Below the pieces are notes generated by a model, which had not been told where the DNA came from, made no database searches, and saw nothing but the letters and a program-made list of their open reading frames with translations. A stretch of 64,000 nucleotides of DNA from Bigelowiella natans CCMP2755 (taxonomy: Eukaryota > Protista > Cercozoa), in contig ADNK01003452.1 of NCBI GenBank assembly GCA_000320545.1, positions 1 through 64,000 on the forward strand. Direction: 5' to 3'. Position 1 is the stretch's first letter. Every line of letters starts with the position of its first letter. Shown piece by piece: positions 63,555 through 64,000 of the stretch. Position numbers and translations under genes: made by a program.

Positions 63555-64000
63555 AAGAGAAAGAGAAAGAGAAAGAGAAAGAGAAAGAGAGAGAGAGAGG
63601 TCGAGCAAACATGGGTGAGAGAGAAAATAAAAAATCGTAAGGGACAACATGGAATAAGTCCGAAATGTTGTCAGTCTCTTTATGTGTCTATTCTTTCAGA
63701 ATTGTGTCAAAAGTGGTTGAAAATGAACACAAATTGCCTACGTTTGTAAGATTCTTGGTACTTGATTATGTCACTTATTGGCAGCTGCCACCATTCTTCA
63801 TCGTTCACTTATTTCATTTACCTGCTGCCCCTTCCTTGCCTGCTGCCACAAAACCCAATAAAAAGTGGTAATAATTTCAGGGGTAGACACAGTCCCTTTT
63901 AATGCAATAAATCATTACTTGCTGAAAACCGAGCGACAACTTTCTTCGCATCCATCAATCAGAAAGTAGCACATGAACGAGGAGGTAAGCAACGTGGAGG

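Noticed and set aside
1-64000. tRNA, rRNA or snRNA genes
   Set aside because: No cloverleaf or conserved rRNA/snRNA motifs recognised by eye. A covariance-model search is needed to exclude them.

Overview
Eukaryotic nuclear DNA, intron-dense, with a microsatellite in most introns. An LPA1 homologue and signal+transit-type N-termini point to an alga with a secondary plastid (chlorarachniophyte-like; inference). I reconstructed spliced genes by eye: a CDF/ZnT zinc transporter (partial, -), a Cys/PT-rich multi-pass membrane protein (-), a mitochondrial FtsJ/RlmE-type rRNA methyltransferase (MRM2, -), an unknown protein (+), a ~16 kb unknown locus (-), a PH-domain protein (+), LPA1 (-), a plastid-targeted two-repeat protein (+) and two poorly defined genes at the right end (-). 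A very young Ty3/Gypsy LTR retrotransposon occupies 53573-58766 (identical 326-bp LTRs, 4-bp TSD). Its integrase ends in a degenerate DNA adenine-methyltransferase-like domain. The most striking unexplained signal is a set of 1-1.7 kb islands (~2.3-3.3, 18.8-20.3, 52.4-53.6+58.8-59.3 and 61.9-63.4 kb, plus a weak one at 41.4-41.9 kb). In them TpA is nearly eliminated while CpG is retained, and surviving TpA sits almost only in CTAG. Exons inside one island have no Tyr codons and an excess of Cys/His. This looks like localized A:T->G:C hypermutation, a 'reverse-RIP'. The unmutated retrotransposon is inserted in the middle of one island. All counts are manual, and exon models are unverified by transcript data.
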